A stretch of 64,000 nucleotides of DNA, taken from positions 6,354 to 70,353 of IMG/VR virus record IMGVR_UViG_3300045988_075599. One strand, given 5' to 3'. The position numbers were made by a program, and so were the translations under genes. The first letter of the stretch is position 1. Each line of letters begins with the position of its first letter. Under the pieces are notes generated by a model, which made no database searches, had not been told where the DNA came from, and saw only the letters and a program-made list of their open reading frames with translations. Positions 26,017 through 35,917 of the stretch are shown piece after piece. This stretch comes from a virus.

Positions 26017-26429
26017 ACGTCCTCCAAATACTGTCTCATTTCTTTACCATACTTACCATTAAGTAAGTCACACCTAATATCTTTAATCCACTTATCGTAC
26101 TCTTCGGTACATGGTTTACTTAATCGCTCTTGCCAGTCTGGATACCTGTCTTTAATCGTAGAAAGGAACAGGTCTAACATACCCTGCTCCTCCTGTTCGA
26201 CTAAAGTTTCTTCTATGCTAGGGGCACAGGGTTCCTTGCACATGTAGTTCATTGGCATCTTGTTGAACATCTTGAGAGCGATGCGTGTTTCACAATACGC
26301 ACACTGCCGTTCGTTAAGTCTAGTGATTCTCCTGATAGAGGAGCATACCTGCTTGTCGTTTAACTTACCAGCTCGGTACTCGTCTATCATACGGTTCATA
26401 AACTTAACTGTGTTAGGCCCTTTCGCCAC
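25980..26429 (-). CDS. hypothetical Cys-containing protein
   Basis: ORF track. GTG start after GAGGTGA. Confidence 0.45.
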   Translation of the reverse strand: MAKGPNTVKFMNRMIDEYRAGKLNDKQVCSSIRRITRLNERQCAYCETRIALKMFNKMPMNYMCKEPCAPSIEETLVEQEEQGMLDLFLSTIKDRYPDWQERLSKPCTEEYDKWIKDIRCDLLNGKYGKEMRQYLEDVWLHKKKLSKKH

Positions 26430-26441
26430 TCATATCACCTC

Positions 26442-29400
26442 TTACACCGCGCACCCCGACGCACCACAGGAATCACACTGCCAGCAATGACCCGATAACT
26501 TTACGTTCTTGCTATGACATTCTGGGCATTCCATTTCTCTTGGTCTATCCTCGACTTCTACTTCCTGAATAATTGGCTCATGCGAATCAAGAGTATACGC
26601 ATCGTTCAATGTCATACCTACTGCAAACCCTACGCTATCTGCGTTCAGCTTGAATAACTGTTTAATGATAGCATCAATGCTTACACCACACCGCATCGAG
26701 AGTGAGATAAGTCTAGTGATACCATCGACTTCATCCTTGTGGCGTTCACTGTTTACGAAAATCTCAAACAGTTTATCGTCCTTCCAGTTGACTGTGATAT
26801 ACAATTTAGTACCGTCGCCCATCACCTGTGTATAGGTTTTACCAACGAGTGTACCAATATCACCACGGCGTTCTGGTTTAAGACTGTCATGAAGGATGGT
26901 AGGTTTCTCTTCCTTCTTACTCAGCCCAAGGATATTACCTCTCGCGCAGTTGTCTCTGAATACAGTGATACCTTTACACCCTACCTGCCATGCCGCATCA
27001 TAGATAGCGAAGATGTCATCAGGTGTAGCAGACTCTGGCAGATTAACCGTAGAACTGATGGAGTTATCTACGTACTTCTGCATAGTTGCCTGTGTCAGTA
27101 TACGTCGAATCGGTTCAACATCATGAGACTCGATAACGTATGGGAACATCTTCTTAATATCTTCTGCACTCGTATCCATTGGCAGCTCGTTTCGTGCAAG
27201 CAAGTCCTCGATAGAATGTGAGAATACTCTGAACGTCTTACCCTGTTCTTCAAGTTTGTGCGTAGTTCTTTCGTAGTACAGTTTATAGATTGGTTCACAA
27301 CCACCAGTATATCTACCAGCCAGCAAACTAATACTACCAGTTGGAGCAATGCTAATAAGCTGTCCGTTAAGCAAGCCGTGTTCCTTCACACATTTCTTCG
27401 TGTCATCATCAAGGGACTGGAAGAATTTAGAATCAGCCGTCTTGTCGTAGTCATATTCGCCGAACGTATTGAAATAATCCTGACACAGTAAAGCCGACGC
27501 CTTCACTGCTTCATTCGTAAGACAGTGAAACAACTTACGAGTAAACTCCAATGCCTTATCGCTCCCGTATTCCAGTCCAAGTTCCACAAGCATGTCAGCA
27601 TAACCGAACACGCCTAACCCAATCGGTCTCCAGTCGCGGATATACTTACGGTTCTCTTCATATGGCTGCTTATCATACGAGTAATCAAGTGCATCGTTAA
27701 GTGCTCGAACTGCAACATGTACTGTATCAATGAACGAATCCCAGCAGAACTTACCAGTGCGCATGTGTACGAACTTAGCTAAGTTGATACTACCTAAGTT
27801 GCATGAACCCCACGCACCCAGCGGAAGTTCGGCGCAGTTGCCAGTCAGCATACCATTAGCAATGAACGTATGGTTCTTAGGTTCATTCATGCAATATACT
27901 TTATCAGCCATCGGAGCTTCCGAGATAGACACTACGGTAATAAACCTAGATGCATCTCTGTTCGGGTAACATTCGGTGTCAACCCTATGAGTATGAAGTC
28001 CGAGTTTATTCAGCTTGTTCATATACCATGATGCGATGGTCAGTCGGTAACAGTCCTGGCAATGATACTTCTTGTACCCGCCTTTACCATCTGGCATAAG
28101 TCTATCTGCCGCCGCCCTTACACGAGATACTGTCGAATGAATACCAAGCGTAGTGAGCATGAGTCTCAGTCTATCCATAAACGGCTTATTGATGGACGTA
28201 ATACTTACGCTACCATCCTCGGAGTTACGGCTCCCGTCAGTGTCAATCAGTCCAGCTAAGAAATTCAGTCTATCGCTAATGCTAGTATCAGACATTGGGA
28301 TATAAAACTTTTCTTTCAGTACACCCTTCGGCACAAGTACCACATCTCTTCTGTCTTCGTGCTTCACATCTTCACTATCGATATAGTTAATCAGATGTTT
28401 CTTGCCATCATACAATGCGATGCTACGTCTGCCAGTAGTACCATCACCAGCATACACACCCTGTGTATACATCTGGCTACCAGTGCTATCGATACTTGCG
28501 TTATCCTTACCTACTACAGGGAGATGGCACTTAGCTAACTTTGTACCAACCGTCAAGTCTTCTGCTTTAATACGTTCACCATTAGCCAGTACCCATTTGT
28601 GATAATAGGTACAGTCAACAGATGAACCATCTGAAAATTTAACAGTAAGCATAGGCATGTCAGTGCCAGTCAGCTTAGGTGTAGTCAAACTCCACTCCTC
28701 ACCATTCCATACTTCTACTTCTTTATCCGCTAATGTTTCAATAGGCATGTAGCCATACTTGGTAAGGATTAAAGTGTCACCTCTTACACATGGGTTTGTC
28801 GTAAGGATATGGAAGTTATCATATCCAGACAACAGGTTGTAGTCATTGAACTCGTCAATGAATAATGCACCTGGGTCTCCCCAATTCCACTGACATTCGC
28901 AGAACTTCTTAAAGAACTCACGAGCCTTAATTGTTTTCTCGATATGTTCGCCTGTAGACTCCACATCAAACTTCAGTGTGTATGGTTTGTCACAATCTAC
29001 CGCAGTCATAAACTCATCGGTGAATTTAATAGACACGTTCATAGACTGGAGCCTGTCACCTTTCATCTTGGTATCAAGCAACTCTTCGATATCAGGATGA
29101 GAACAATCAATAGATACCATGGTTGCTCCGCGTCTACCATGCTGACTGATAACGTTACCAGTCTCGTTGAACAAATCAAGGAACGATACAGCACCAGTAG
29201 AACTCTTAGCTGCGTTGTTTACTTTAGCATTACGTGGACGGAGAATGGAAATGTCAGTGCCAACTCCACCACCCTTACTAAAGATACGAGCCATGTGTTT
29301 GTTCGCTTCGTAGATTGCTTCGATAGTATCATCTTCGATAGGAACTACATAGCAGTTACTACCTGCCGCATTGATTTCATTCTTGCGTCCTGCAAGGTAC

Positions 29401-29597
29401 ATTGTTCTTCCGCCGAAGAAGAAAGTACCACTAGCTAACAGGCACTCAACCTTATCCCTAATGCTTTCGTCACAGATACTAGCTACCCTCTGACAAAATA
29501 CAGCAGGGGATTCCATGTCATCCTTCGCATACTTAGCACGGAATACGTTGTATGCTACTTCATCTTTTGCCCAAAGCACTTCTTCATTGCACATCAT
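26442..29597 (-). CDS. nrdJ: ribonucleotide reductase, class II (NrdJ-like), interrupted by an intein
   Basis: NCYVVPIEDD, GGGVGTDISILRP, SSTGAVSF, the active-site NPC/AE split by the insert, and a C-terminal Cys-rich tail CPECHSKN..CWQCDSCGASGC. No NrdB-like or glycyl-radical motif in the window. Confidence 0.8.
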   Translation of the reverse strand: MMCNEEVLWAKDEVAYNVFRAKYAKDDMESPAVFCQRVASICDESIRDKVECLLASGTFFFGGRTMYLAGRKNEINAAGSNCYVVPIEDDTIEAIYEANKHMARIFSKGGGVGTDISILRPRNAKVNNAAKSSTGAVSFLDLFNETGNVISQHGRRGATMVSIDCSHPDIEELLDTKMKGDRLQSMNVSIKFTDEFMTAVDCDKPYTLKFDVESTGEHIEKTIKAREFFKKFCECQWNWGDPGALFIDEFNDYNLLSGYDNFHILTTNPCVRGDTLILTKYGYMPIETLADKEVEVWNGEEWSLTTPKLTGTDMPMLTVKFSDGSSVDCTYYHKWVLANGERIKAEDLTVGTKLAKCHLPVVGKDNASIDSTGSQMYTQGVYAGDGTTGRRSIALYDGKKHLINYIDSEDVKHEDRRDVVLVPKGVLKEKFYIPMSDTSISDRLNFLAGLIDTDGSRNSEDGSVSITSINKPFMDRLRLMLTTLGIHSTVSRVRAAADRLMPDGKGGYKKYHCQDCYRLTIASWYMNKLNKLGLHTHRVDTECYPNRDASRFITVVSISEAPMADKVYCMNEPKNHTFIANGMLTGNCAELPLGAWGSCNLGSINLAKFVHMRTGKFCWDSFIDTVHVAVRALNDALDYSYDKQPYEENRKYIRDWRPIGLGVFGYADMLVELGLEYGSDKALEFTRKLFHCLTNEAVKASALLCQDYFNTFGEYDYDKTADSKFFQSLDDDTKKCVKEHGLLNGQLISIAPTGSISLLAGRYTGGCEPIYKLYYERTTHKLEEQGKTFRVFSHSIEDLLARNELPMDTSAEDIKKMFPYVIESHDVEPIRRILTQATMQKYVDNSISSTVNLPESATPDDIFAIYDAAWQVGCKGITVFRDNCARGNILGLSKKEEKPTILHDSLKPERRGDIGTLVGKTYTQVMGDGTKLYITVNWKDDKLFEIFVNSERHKDEVDGITRLISLSMRCGVSIDAIIKQLFKLNADSVGFAVGMTLNDAYTLDSHEPIIQEVEVEDRPREMECPECHSKNVKLSGHCWQCDSCGASGCAV
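27837..28790 (-). mobile_element. 318-aa intein with a LAGLIDADG endonuclease domain, inserted in the RNR NPCxE active-site motif
   Basis: Extein ..HILTTNP | CVRGDTLIL...(TYYH block B)...YTQGVYAGDGT...FLAGLIDTDGS...NHTFIANGMLTGN | CAELPL. Residues 270-587 of the ORF. Confidence 0.8.
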
Positions 29598-29803
29598 AAT
29601 CTATCGCTAATCCCTTTCTTGTACTTAATTACTTTAATAGAATCGTCTGTCTTTGGCAGCGGGTACACATGTACTCGCAGGTCTTTGTTTGTCACGTTAT
29701 CATCTACCAGTTTTTTTACTTCATCCTGGTCGCCAGCTAATCCCACGCATCTGGGCATGCCTCTGGAATCAAAGACAACAACCGCGTATCCGGTAAGTCG
29801 CAT
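29594..29803 (-). CDS. hypothetical small protein
   Basis: ORF track. It overlaps the 3' end of the ThyX-like gene, so the start is uncertain. Confidence 0.3.
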   Translation of the reverse strand: MRLTGYAVVVFDSRGMPRCVGLAGDQDEVKKLVDDNVTNKDLRVHVYPLPKTDDSIKVIKYKKGISDRL

Positions 29804-30402
29804 CCTCTAGCCTCCACTAATTCCTTAAAATATGGTAATCGTTTATACATCCACGCACAGAAGTATCTCCATTCATCTAACTGATGATTGATTCTCTGCG
29901 TGTACATCGTCATAAGCTGTAAGTAATTCGTTGTTACTCTTGCTTCTTCCAACATACCGACTGGCACAGAATAGATTAACTCTTTCTTAATCTTAGGTGG
30001 CAGTGGTACTCCCTTGTACTTATCAAGCAGGTCTTCCCTGTACTTAATAAAGGCATCAATCACTGGGCTCGTTGTACCAAGTGCGCCAACCTCACTCTGT
30101 GCAAAGTCGTATGGTGTCAAGACAAACTTTGGATTGGCGATGTTGTGCATGATGGACTGGCTCATGACAATCTGGAACCAGTGGTATCTCTGTGCCTGTT
30201 GCCACCACTTGACACTAGCAATAATAGAGAACTGAACATTCACACCCGTAAGCATATTAGCTTCACCGCTATTCAGTGGTTTAGATACAAGGCTCTTCAT
30301 TACTGTCATGCCGCGGTCAGCACTCAGTTGTGAACCATACGACAACCCAATAGCCTTCGCCGATTCTTTCAGTCCTGTTACTTTCTCGTCCAGAATAATC
30401 AT
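29737..30402 (-). CDS. ThyX-like (flavin-dependent thymidylate synthase fold) protein with a degenerate signature motif
   Basis: By-eye alignment to ThyX. FSIIASVKWWQQAQRYHWFQIVMSQS aligns with F..I.....R.Q..RHRxxSxxxxSxRY, and TTNYLQLMTMYTQRINHQLDEWR with vNaRsLmnFlnlRadshAQwEI. Confidence 0.55.
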   Translation of the reverse strand: MIILDEKVTGLKESAKAIGLSYGSQLSADRGMTVMKSLVSKPLNSGEANMLTGVNVQFSIIASVKWWQQAQRYHWFQIVMSQSIMHNIANPKFVLTPYDFAQSEVGALGTTSPVIDAFIKYREDLLDKYKGVPLPPKIKKELIYSVPVGMLEEARVTTNYLQLMTMYTQRINHQLDEWRYFCAWMYKRLPYFKELVEARGCDLPDTRLLSLIPEACPDAWD

Positions 30403-30638
30403 TCTGTACCTACCTTCTTTCCTGCTCTATCAACTCTACCCTTATGTCTAGGGTTACGTCCAAATCTGAATGCGTGTAGTGGACAGTTGACATTACCACA
30501 CTGAGCCACTTCATTCCTGTCATAGCATACACAATCAAGGCAGTGTAGCTTAATGGCTTTGAGTGGCGTTAGCTTACCGCTCGCAATCTCCTGTAACATC
30601 TTTGCTCTTCCTGCTTCTTCCTTACTAATCCTAGCCAT
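30399..30638 (-). CDS. small zinc-ribbon-like protein
   Basis: CLDCVCYDRNEVAQCGNVNCPLHAFRFG Cys pattern. Confidence 0.4.
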   Translation of the reverse strand: MARISKEEAGRAKMLQEIASGKLTPLKAIKLHCLDCVCYDRNEVAQCGNVNCPLHAFRFGRNPRHKGRVDRAGKKVGTE

Positions 30639-30647
30639 TCAAATCAC

Positions 30648-31058
30648 CTATTCCTTTTCTGTTTCGTATCTCGGTACGCCACGATTAAACGCTACGTTAT
30701 TCTTCATATCAAAGTACACTCTGTTCAGGAACTTAATAGCTGCTTCAAGCAATCGAATCGCGTACTGTACTTCAGCTACCTTTTCCCAAGCACCCTGACA
30801 TTCTTCATCCGTAAGGGTATGCCTATCACCTACTGCTACTTTGCTACTATATTCCGATGACTTCTCGGCAGTCAGTGCCTTTGCTTTCTGTTCTGTGAGT
30901 GCAAGTTCTTTGTACATCCAAGCCACTCGACTATCGAAAGTTTCCATCAGCGTAGACGCAGTAACCATCAGGCGATACGCACTAGCTGGGTCGTTGTCCT
31001 GTACAGTAGGGTACTTTTCCTTCACAGCGTTATACTGTTTCAGAAGTTCATCTTCCAT
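30648..31058 (-). CDS. hypothetical protein
   Basis: ORF track, co-directional operon. Confidence 0.45.
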   Translation of the reverse strand: MEDELLKQYNAVKEKYPTVQDNDPASAYRLMVTASTLMETFDSRVAWMYKELALTEQKAKALTAEKSSEYSSKVAVGDRHTLTDEECQGAWEKVAEVQYAIRLLEAAIKFLNRVYFDMKNNVAFNRGVPRYETEKE

Positions 31059-31067
31059 ATTGTCACC

Positions 31068-31346
31068 TCAATTATTCCACATGTCAGTGTAGATACTGTC
31101 ATCAATCTCAGCCATCTTTTCAGTAGCCAACTCACCGTCACGAACCTTATCTTTCAGGTAGGATACGAACGCATCCTTTGCTTTGAGAAGATTCCGCCAA
31201 CCCTCAAAGTCCTTCGGGTCACATGACAGGATGTTGGAAATAATAGCCTTGGTATACTGCTCATCGAAGTCGCCCAGTAATTCAAGCATCTTCTGAGCGT
31301 CATGCCCGAGCTGTTCGTTCAAGGCTAACTGCTGTTCCTCAGACAT
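31068..31346 (-). CDS. hypothetical protein
   Basis: ORF track. Confidence 0.45.
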   Translation of the reverse strand: MSEEQQLALNEQLGHDAQKMLELLGDFDEQYTKAIISNILSCDPKDFEGWRNLLKAKDAFVSYLKDKVRDGELATEKMAEIDDSIYTDMWNN

Positions 31347-31575
31347 CGAGCTTGTTAATTTCTACGGCATTCACTTTGGCGGCAAGTTTCATAAGCAGCT
31401 TCTGTGCATCTTCATACGTGTTGACGATAGCCAGAATCTGTCCACGATTGGAACTATCTGGAATACCCATCAGCATATACCCAGTAACCTCATTGTTTTC
31501 CTTGTCTTTCATTGCCTTAATGTACAGGTCTACAACTCTCATCATTTTGTTTTCTTTGTCGGATACTACAAACAT
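31339..31575 (-). CDS. hypothetical protein
   Basis: ORF trimmed to the ATG at 31575 after AAAGGGTG, 1 nt past the upstream stop. Confidence 0.45.
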   Translation of the reverse strand: MFVVSDKENKMMRVVDLYIKAMKDKENNEVTGYMLMGIPDSSNRGQILAIVNTYEDAQKLLMKLAAKVNAVEINKLDV

Positions 31576-31576
31576 A

Positions 31577-32068
31577 TTAAACACCCTTTGCCTTTCTGCA
31601 ATCATAGAAGATATCATACACATCTTCTCTCACACAATAAATGTTATCCCTATAGTTATAACCTAAGACAACTATGTGGCTGTTGTCTTGGTTGAAAAAA
31701 TTATGTAACCACTTGTTGCGCTTGTCCTCTTTCTCTACGATGTTTATCTTACCGCCACACAAGTAAGATAAGAAAGCCTCGTCGCTCATCATGTAACAGA
31801 AACCTTTATAGTGGTAGCAGTCTACGTCGGGTAACTCATTAAAGAGTTTCTCATGCGTAGACATATGCTTACATTCGATAAGGTACTTCTCGTCCTTAAT
31901 CTCTACCTGTAAGTCAGCCGCCAAGCTACTACGTAGGCAAGGGATTAAACCGCTGGACTTGAGTGCGCCACTCATCGGTGTCTTGTAGACAGGCAAACCC
32001 ATGGCAATCATTCGAGCCAGTACCCTACGTTCAAACGTCCTACCACTACGTCGGTTTCGTTTACCCAT
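31577..32068 (-). CDS. PD-(D/E)xK nuclease, Hjc-like Holliday junction resolvase candidate
   Basis: SGRTFERRVLARMIAMG...ADLQVEI...YLIECKH matches the G..fER...D...E.K layout. Start trimmed to the ATG at 32068. Confidence 0.5.
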   Translation of the reverse strand: MGKRNRRSGRTFERRVLARMIAMGLPVYKTPMSGALKSSGLIPCLRSSLAADLQVEIKDEKYLIECKHMSTHEKLFNELPDVDCYHYKGFCYMMSDEAFLSYLCGGKINIVEKEDKRNKWLHNFFNQDNSHIVVLGYNYRDNIYCVREDVYDIFYDCRKAKGV

Positions 32069-32561
32069 TGCGACTCTTAGTGGGTCTTTTCGGCGTGTCA
32101 CATGTACACTCCTCTCCATAATAACTATACACTTCTTTATCCTTGAGCGCATAGAGTGCCATCAAATCGTACACGATGCAGTCGATAAGTTTACCTTCTA
32201 CATCGTAACAGCTAATGCCATTACGGAGAAGAACAAGGTCATTCTTGTCTTTCATAATTAAGATGGTACGCAGTACGTCATCCCTCGTTGGCATTCCTCC
32301 GACACGTCTAGCAGCTGCCTTGTATACGGCGTCGAGGATGTTGCCGTTACCAACATGCTCTTCTGCCTCCATTACAATTCTGTCGAGGATATCATCATAC
32401 AGGTCTGCTACGAAATCGTAGTACGCATACAGGTCATTCGGTACTGACTTATCCTCATCAACTACACCATCGTTCTGCTCGTCCTTAGTCGCGTAAAGAT
32501 TTGCAAGAGCAGGTGCTACAATAGCCATGAGCTTCAGATAGTCAGGCTTATCAATTCGCAT
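32061..32561 (-). CDS. hypothetical protein
   Basis: ORF track. Confidence 0.45.
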   Translation of the reverse strand: MRIDKPDYLKLMAIVAPALANLYATKDEQNDGVVDEDKSVPNDLYAYYDFVADLYDDILDRIVMEAEEHVGNGNILDAVYKAAARRVGGMPTRDDVLRTILIMKDKNDLVLLRNGISCYDVEGKLIDCIVYDLMALYALKDKEVYSYYGEECTCDTPKRPTKSRNG

Positions 32562-32778
32562 TCTCTTTTACCTTTCCTTTCCCAGTGTACTTGTTAAGCA
32601 CTCTTACGACATCAGCTACCTGTTCGTGTTCTTCAATGCCAAGGATTGTCAGAAGTCCACCAAGCAGTACCTTTGCCGCACCATTACCATCCATGTTAGT
32701 GTCAAACACGATGTCAGCACTGCCGTCTTCTACGTCTTTCCACGTTACTGTTACTGTCTTAGTTGATGTGTCCTGCAT
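32551..32778 (-). CDS. hypothetical small protein
   Basis: ORF track. Confidence 0.4.
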   Translation of the reverse strand: MQDTSTKTVTVTWKDVEDGSADIVFDTNMDGNGAAKVLLGGLLTILGIEEHEQVADVVRVLNKYTGKGKVKENAN

Positions 32779-33019
32779 GTTTGTATTTCCTTTCGCTCTT
32801 AAAATCTTCTACCATATCCGCCATCGTTTCAAAGATTTTGGTAGCTTCATCTTCTGTCATTTCGTATGTAGCCATCAGTCCAAGGAACAATGCGGTAGCA
32901 GTCATCGGCGTTTCTACATCAGAGTCTACTTTAATATCTACGCCCTGACTAGAAAGTGTAGCTTTTACTGCAACGTTCATTTCCTTTTTGTCGTTAAGTT
33001 TGTATGTTACGTTATTCAT
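32759..33019 (-). CDS. hypothetical small protein
   Basis: ORF track. SD GAAGGAGA. Confidence 0.4.
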   Translation of the reverse strand: MNNVTYKLNDKKEMNVAVKATLSSQGVDIKVDSDVETPMTATALFLGLMATYEMTEDEATKIFETMADMVEDFKSERKYKHAGHIN

Positions 33020-33020
33020 T

Positions 33021-33932
33021 TTATGTCTCCTTCATGTTTGCATATGGGCATCTATCTTTTACGTTACAGAACCTCTCACATTTCATACCTCCCCAACGCT
33101 CTCTGTAACTACACTGCTTTGGAAGTAACCCTGTCTCCATCGCGTGTACTAAGTTATCTGCTTTCGCTTTCATGTATTTGCTAACCCAGTGGTCGCTAAT
33201 CTTGTTTACTTCTACCAGATAGGCTGGCTGCATAACGCCACGGGATTCAGCCATATAAGTATTACCATCGCGAACAATCATCTCGCATATCATCTTCTTC
33301 GCCGTCTTACCCAGACACTTCTGTAGCTTCATGCGATAATCATTCAGCTGGATTGCGAGGTCAAGTCTACCGCTACCATGTACTCCATCATACGTGAAGT
33401 ACGTTCTGTACTTTGGCTTACCGTTCTTGTATAAACCAACCTGTTCCTTATGCTTTACAGCACCAAGAACCTTAGCCGCTTTATAACTCCCGTAGGTTTT
33501 GTCATCGTACAGGTAGCCAGTGTTCTCCTCATCAGTTGCTTCTTCATCGAAATAATCAAACGCACCAGTAGAAACTCCATCGTCTAACCGTTTCTCCGTC
33601 ATTGCATTTCCTTCTGTGTTATCTTCCAGTGCTTCGTGTACTGTAGTACCATACAATGCGAACACCGACTGCATCGGGTCAATCGTGTATGGCTCTGTCA
33701 GTTTCAAGTATTCTTCCAGCGTACCGTTCAGTAGCTGTGTTGTACTAGGTCTGCCAGTCCATCTACGTTCAGCGGCGATAGCTAACAGTGCTCGCCTAGA
33801 TAAGCATCGACCGCATGGTACGTATGGCATACCAGTTGTAGGGTTCAGCTTACCCTCTAATCGGCAGTGCTTCAAGCATTCATTCACTGGACATTCTCTT
33901 CCATCTGGGCATCTGTAATGTGTAAGTGGCAT
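33021..33932 (-). CDS. Cas4/AddB-like PD-(D/E)xK exonuclease with Cys cluster
   Basis: N-terminal Cys residues, YDDKTYGSYK (D..D.K-type motif), and a C-terminal CERFCNVKDRC cluster. Confidence 0.55.
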   Translation of the reverse strand: MPLTHYRCPDGRECPVNECLKHCRLEGKLNPTTGMPYVPCGRCLSRRALLAIAAERRWTGRPSTTQLLNGTLEEYLKLTEPYTIDPMQSVFALYGTTVHEALEDNTEGNAMTEKRLDDGVSTGAFDYFDEEATDEENTGYLYDDKTYGSYKAAKVLGAVKHKEQVGLYKNGKPKYRTYFTYDGVHGSGRLDLAIQLNDYRMKLQKCLGKTAKKMICEMIVRDGNTYMAESRGVMQPAYLVEVNKISDHWVSKYMKAKADNLVHAMETGLLPKQCSYRERWGGMKCERFCNVKDRCPYANMKET

Positions 33933-35917
33933 TAGTCTTCATCCTCGCAATCTTCCAACATACTCTTGTCTCTGTCCCACTTCATCATGAATCTAGTAGA
34001 ACCTAACTGATAACCTCTGACTTTCGCTAGATTAAATCGTGTAACGCCGTGCCATTTCTGCTCTGCTTCAAGCCCAATGCCTGGTCTCAGGTCTGGTCTC
34101 CACATGAGTAAGCAGATGTCAGCACTCGCCTCGATATCACCAGCTCCTTTCAGTAGGTTCATAGTTGGTTCTTCGTACTGATTACTCTGACGATTAAGCT
34201 GGCTCAACATTACGAAGATTAAGTCTTTGTCTTTCGCGATTCTCTTCATCGCCTTTGCCTGTTGAGCAGCCCCGTCATACTCCTCAGTACCTTTCAGGTA
34301 TTGGAAATAGTCACAGACAACCATGTCTACTGGTCTATCGAACAACCCTTTGGCGTTGATAGCTGAGATAGTTCTATCAATCTCATCCATGGTTACTCCG
34401 TTCTTATCTATAATTATAAGCCTATTTCCAATTTTGTCAAGTTGTTTTTTTATTTCTTCGGAGTTAGCAAAGTGTTCTCGTACCTGATAGAACGGACAGC
34501 CAATCAACTTAGCAAGAATCCATTCAAGTACATTACCCTTACTCATCTCCTGCGAAAAGAATACAACTCGCATGTCATTGTGTAAGATACTCTTTAAGAT
34601 ATAGTCGATAGCGAAAGAAGTTTTACCGCTTCCGCTATACGCTCCCACGACAACCACCTGTCCTTTCATAATACCGCCAACACAGTTATCAATACCAGCG
34701 ATGCCAGTCTTGAATATACCTTTCTCGTACAGTTTGCCAAGGTCTCCTAAGCAATCGTACAAGGTAGCCGCACTGTCGGTTAAAGAATCTACTTCATCGC
34801 CGTCAAGGTCGAACGCATCTTTCAAATCGGTTGCGTCTTTACCCCAACGCTTTGCTAGAATATCAACCAAGTCCGCCTTTACCATCTGGTTCTTTACAGT
34901 TTTCATAAACTCTATAGCGTATGAATACTGGTCTTCGATGGAATTACATTCGTCCAACTTACGGACAAGAACAAACTGGTCGATGTATACTGTCGGTAAT
35001 CCCTTAACGTCTACGCCATTGACTAGCGCATCGTTCATGTCCTTACACCCATCGGGCAACGGGCAAACCCTGACGTTAAAGTTTGTTATACTATTGAACC
35101 TTTCACGAACTCTGTCGATATGTTTCAATCCAGCTTCGTCCATGTCTGGCACCAGTATAATCTGCGTGTTGGGTGGTACGGTCTTATTCAATAACTGAAT
35201 CTGTTCCTTACCAATTTCCGCTCCACAATATCCAGCGGTGGGTAATCCCATTTCAGTACCAGACATTACGTCGAAGTACCCTTCCACCAGATAAAGAATA
35301 CCACCACCAATCTTGCGAGATACGTTCAAGCCATATAGTGTTTCACTCTTGTCAAACACCTCACTGTTCTTTGAGTTCTTGTACTTGTATTTCGCATTGA
35401 AGTATCGCTTAGCGATAGCGACTGGCTGGTCGTTGACATTATAAATCGGAATAACCAAACTACCAGATGCTTGCTTATCTGCACCGAGATGGAATAGCCT
35501 AGCTACCTCTTCTCCGATTCCTCTCTTGCTCAGATAACTCTGAAGCTCTTCGTTCGATTCAAGATTGCGGCTGGCTGTCACCACTCTATGTCTATAGTCC
35601 TGAATCAAATCTCTCTGTCTTACGTATTCCGCATTAGTTGACACATCAATGTTCAACATGTCAGCTAGCTTTTCAGTAGCGGCTTCGTATGTTATGTGCT
35701 CGTATTCGGCAACAAAGTTAATTACATTACCGCAAGCTCCGCACGAGAAACAGTAGAATGTTCCGTGCGGAAACACGGTAAATGCAGAAGCATTCTCTCC
35801 GCCATGGATGGGGCAAGCCCCTCTCCAAGTGTTGCCTGTTCTCTTGAGTGTTGTGTACTGACTAACATAATCTGCCAAATCTACTTTCGCTCTGATAACA
35901 CTTTCGAGATTACTCAC
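33932..35917 (-). CDS. bifunctional primase-helicase (DnaG-type Zn finger/TOPRIM plus DnaB-like helicase)
   Basis: CPIHGGENASAFTVFPHGTFYCFSCGACG zinc finger, a TOPRIM region (LVEGYFD, PDMDEAG), and Walker A GAYSGSGKTS. GTG start. Confidence 0.85.
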   Translation of the reverse strand: MSNLESVIRAKVDLADYVSQYTTLKRTGNTWRGACPIHGGENASAFTVFPHGTFYCFSCGACGNVINFVAEYEHITYEAATEKLADMLNIDVSTNAEYVRQRDLIQDYRHRVVTASRNLESNEELQSYLSKRGIGEEVARLFHLGADKQASGSLVIPIYNVNDQPVAIAKRYFNAKYKYKNSKNSEVFDKSETLYGLNVSRKIGGGILYLVEGYFDVMSGTEMGLPTAGYCGAEIGKEQIQLLNKTVPPNTQIILVPDMDEAGLKHIDRVRERFNSITNFNVRVCPLPDGCKDMNDALVNGVDVKGLPTVYIDQFVLVRKLDECNSIEDQYSYAIEFMKTVKNQMVKADLVDILAKRWGKDATDLKDAFDLDGDEVDSLTDSAATLYDCLGDLGKLYEKGIFKTGIAGIDNCVGGIMKGQVVVVGAYSGSGKTSFAIDYILKSILHNDMRVVFFSQEMSKGNVLEWILAKLIGCPFYQVREHFANSEEIKKQLDKIGNRLIIIDKNGVTMDEIDRTISAINAKGLFDRPVDMVVCDYFQYLKGTEEYDGAAQQAKAMKRIAKDKDLIFVMLSQLNRQSNQYEEPTMNLLKGAGDIEASADICLLMWRPDLRPGIGLEAEQKWHGVTRFNLAKVRGYQLGSTRFMMKWDRDKSMLEDCEDED

